From Trichosphaerium sp. ATCC 40318 (lineage: Eukaryota > Protista > Tubulinea): DNA of 64,000 nucleotides. Where the stretch lies: positions 124,001-188,000 of the forward strand of contig JALMLS010000414.1 in the NCBI GenBank assembly GCA_038496445.1, read 5' to 3'. Under the pieces are notes generated by a model, which ran no database searches, was not told the origin of the DNA, and saw only the letters and a list, made by a program, of their open reading frames with translations. Shown here piece after piece: positions 61,490-64,000 of this stretch; positions within the stretch are counted from its first letter, which is position 1, and every line of letters begins with the position of its first letter. Made by a program: the position numbers and the translations under genes.

Positions 61490-64000
61490 TTGTAATTATG
61501 AGTTTAAGCTGAAAGGGTGCGAAAAAATTTGGATGGCTTTCACAATAACTACGAAAAAATTCTCACGTTTGGTGACCTTAGTCAGAAGTCGGTCAATGAA
61601 CGCTTCTAAATGCTTTCCTCGGTGTCCTAACTCGCTTCAACTCTTATCTGTGTGTTGTTAGAGACAATTACAAACGATTGTAATTTTGAGTTATTTTTGT
61701 AGGCTACACTATCGCTGGGTACGGTAATATTGCTTGTCTTGAAGCGTTCCGTGTGATAGCGCTTGAAAGTGTGATTACAAGCTCACAGCGCTTGTATCGC
61801 TCGTGCACAAGGAACTAATGCGTTGTACGCAACGCTGGCGGCCTCCGCACCTTTCCGGTTTGCAATGCTTTGCAAAAATGTACCAGTTCTCCAAAAAGCT
61901 CGGCTATAACGTCTATAGCAATATTTAACGCGAACAAGCCACTAAACGCCCAAAAAAAAACTTTGTGAACATACAACTCCGTATTGCGTATAACACTCAC
62001 TGCAGTAACTACAACGCCATCCACATTAGCATTTTAGCAAGTACACAAAAGAGAATACACCTGTGCATCATTTGCTGGCTAAACAAACGCCTTAGGCAAT
62101 AAGTGGGCGTCTCCAACTTTAGAATTCCAAAAAATAAACGACGTGTTAACAAGTAGAAAGGAAACTCCAAATCATTGGGTTTTTAATCAACAACGAGTCA
62201 AAAACAAAATCATTCTGCCTTTCGCCTACGTCACCCCTGGCTAGTTCCCCTCTGCTGTATAAAATCCAATTGAGAAATATCTCTCTCTTTATGAGGTATT
62301 AATCAATGGCTAAAAACGGTGGAGGGTACATCTAGATGATGTTATTAACGTGATTGTAAGCCTTTAATTTTATCAACAAAAATATTTTTAACCATTTTTA
62401 ATACTAAAAAACCAAACTCATTTAAAATACGAACCTCTTCGCAAGCCTAGAAACTACATGATGTATTAACTGTATTGTAGATTTCCTCCAGTGTCAGCTG
62501 ATTTCTGGCTAGTATTAATGACAGTGGAGTGGCACAGCATCTAGAGCACTGGCAAAACAATCAGCTTCATAATAAAACAAGGTAATAAAAAAGTTTTTTC
62601 GAAGCGCCAATGAGCGTGAAGAACTTGTTTTCTTTTTGGTTGTTGTGTTAGTACGAAAGAAATAACCTACCTAGCGCTGGAAGATAAACTGATATCAATA
62701 TATCTACCCGAGTATAAAATCGCAAAAAAGTCAGTACTGACATTTTTTTGATGGTTTTCAAGATAGCACGTGATAATGGAACTTTCTTTTTTTGCCTTCG
62801 CTTTTCAGGGCTTGTATTCTTGTGGGCAAAGCGCAGATTGTCTATGGAGTGGGAATCTCATTGTCGAGATGTAGAAACACCTTACGATCACGTGATTATC
62901 TGCAAAAGAGTTTTTTTGTTTAGACAAAAACTTCAAGATTTGTAGTGTCGGGTCGACAGGTAAGTATTTAGATAGCGTACCTATAGCAAAAATGGACACT
63001 AAAGCACCATTTAAATATTTTCATGCCTAATGGCTTTGTCTGGAAACCATACTTGCTTGTGCATCCGCTCGTATTCCCAAACAAGAGATTTTTAAAGCTA
63101 AATTTGAGCAATGCAGTGTTTTATCACAAATCTGACTGTACAAGGAGTTAGGTTTATAAAAACGGCCACAAATCGTAGGCAAACGTGTGGTACCTCTTAT
63201 TTACGGAGTATGGCGGCGGCAGCTTTGTTGTGAGTAGATTTTTTGAGCTTTAATTTTCTTTTGTTTTTTTAACATTACTCTTTAGGCTAGCCTCTGTGTT
63301 CGACTCTGGTTTACCTGCCCCAAATAAGGCTTGCTTTGTGTGTATGGAGACCATTCGTATTAATGGATCGGGTATGAATACGTTATTACGGTGAATACAA
63401 GGTAGTGTAAAGGAGGTACGAACTAACTCAAAATTAAGGGACTAAAACAAAAAAGAAATTTGCCGACCCGTTTTTTTTGGTCTGTTTTAACGCTGCCTGG
63501 AGGGATTTATTTTCGTCAGAAATGTTTTATACAGCGATAGAGCGTCTTTAGTTAAAACTAACAGTGTTTAGGAAACACATGACACAAGGTATTGCCGCAA
63601 AATATGTTAAACTTTGCAGTTCATTCTAGATAGTGGCGCCACTGAATCTTTGCTCTCTTACTATACCGGGTGATTCAAAACCGACGAAAACCTACCACAC
63701 AAAACTAAAATTGTTATTTATGCTTATCTAGTGCTAATGTTAGTACGTTATCTCATTTTATTAAGAACACATATCAAAATTTGTTTTTTAGTGTGTTCCG
63801 TAATTTTAGATACTGGTTTGGGAAGGCAACACCACTGCAAAAAATGGATGAAAAGAAATTATACGAACCTTTCTGTACGTGTCAATATTAGATAAATACA
63901 ATAAGAAGTAACCCGAGGTTGTAAACGCGCAACAAAAGAACGGGATCAGCTTTTTTAATTTGATATTTAATATTTTATTTAGGCTCCAGGTTCAGCGTTA

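Noticed and set aside
62480-62580. In-frame TGA as selenocysteine in the gene fragment starting near 62306
   Set aside because: A downstream AG acceptor bypasses the TGA and no SECIS or selenoprotein motif was recognised. I could not build a reliable gene model for 62.3-64 kb.
1-64000. tRNA or rRNA genes; alternative genetic code
   Set aside because: No cloverleaf or extended rRNA similarity was noticed. Conserved genes end in TAA, TAG and TGA and translate with the standard code.

Overview
AT-rich (roughly 35% GC by eye), gene-dense eukaryotic nuclear DNA with many short spliceosomal introns (donors mostly GTACGT/GTAAGT, CTAAC-type branch points). It is probably from a protist and looks amoebozoan-like, but the species cannot be named from this window. 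Recognisable genes: Elongin C, an RNF34/RFFL-type FYVE-SAP-RING E3, a tandem pair of LamG-domain genes, a receptor-like transmembrane RasGAP with a PSI domain, a GH16 hydrolase, a HAD-SAK protein, a DOPA 4,5-dioxygenase, a UHRF1/VIM-like PHD-SRA-RING gene, a GHL15-like hydrolase, a claudin-like tetraspan, a Sel1-repeat protein and RPLP1. About ten F-box-type genes are scattered among these, including two turning-over families (F-box + 'GVHTI' LRR, and F-box-like + MORN2), several with frameshifts. Structure the ORF track does not show: (1) a 5'-truncated RNase H-bearing non-LTR retrotransposon with a 13-bp TSD and (AAAC)n tail, inserted into a subterminal repeat of a ~226-bp hAT-type MITE that has its own 8-bp TSD; (2) a spliced, apparently non-coding minus-strand host gene carrying four intronic box C/D snoRNAs (two U18-like, one SNORD74-like, one SNORD65/snR77-like); (3) strong window-wide over-representation of CACGTG; (4) a GC-AG intron in RPLP1. 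Exon boundaries were read by eye and family assignments rest on remembered motifs, not database searches.
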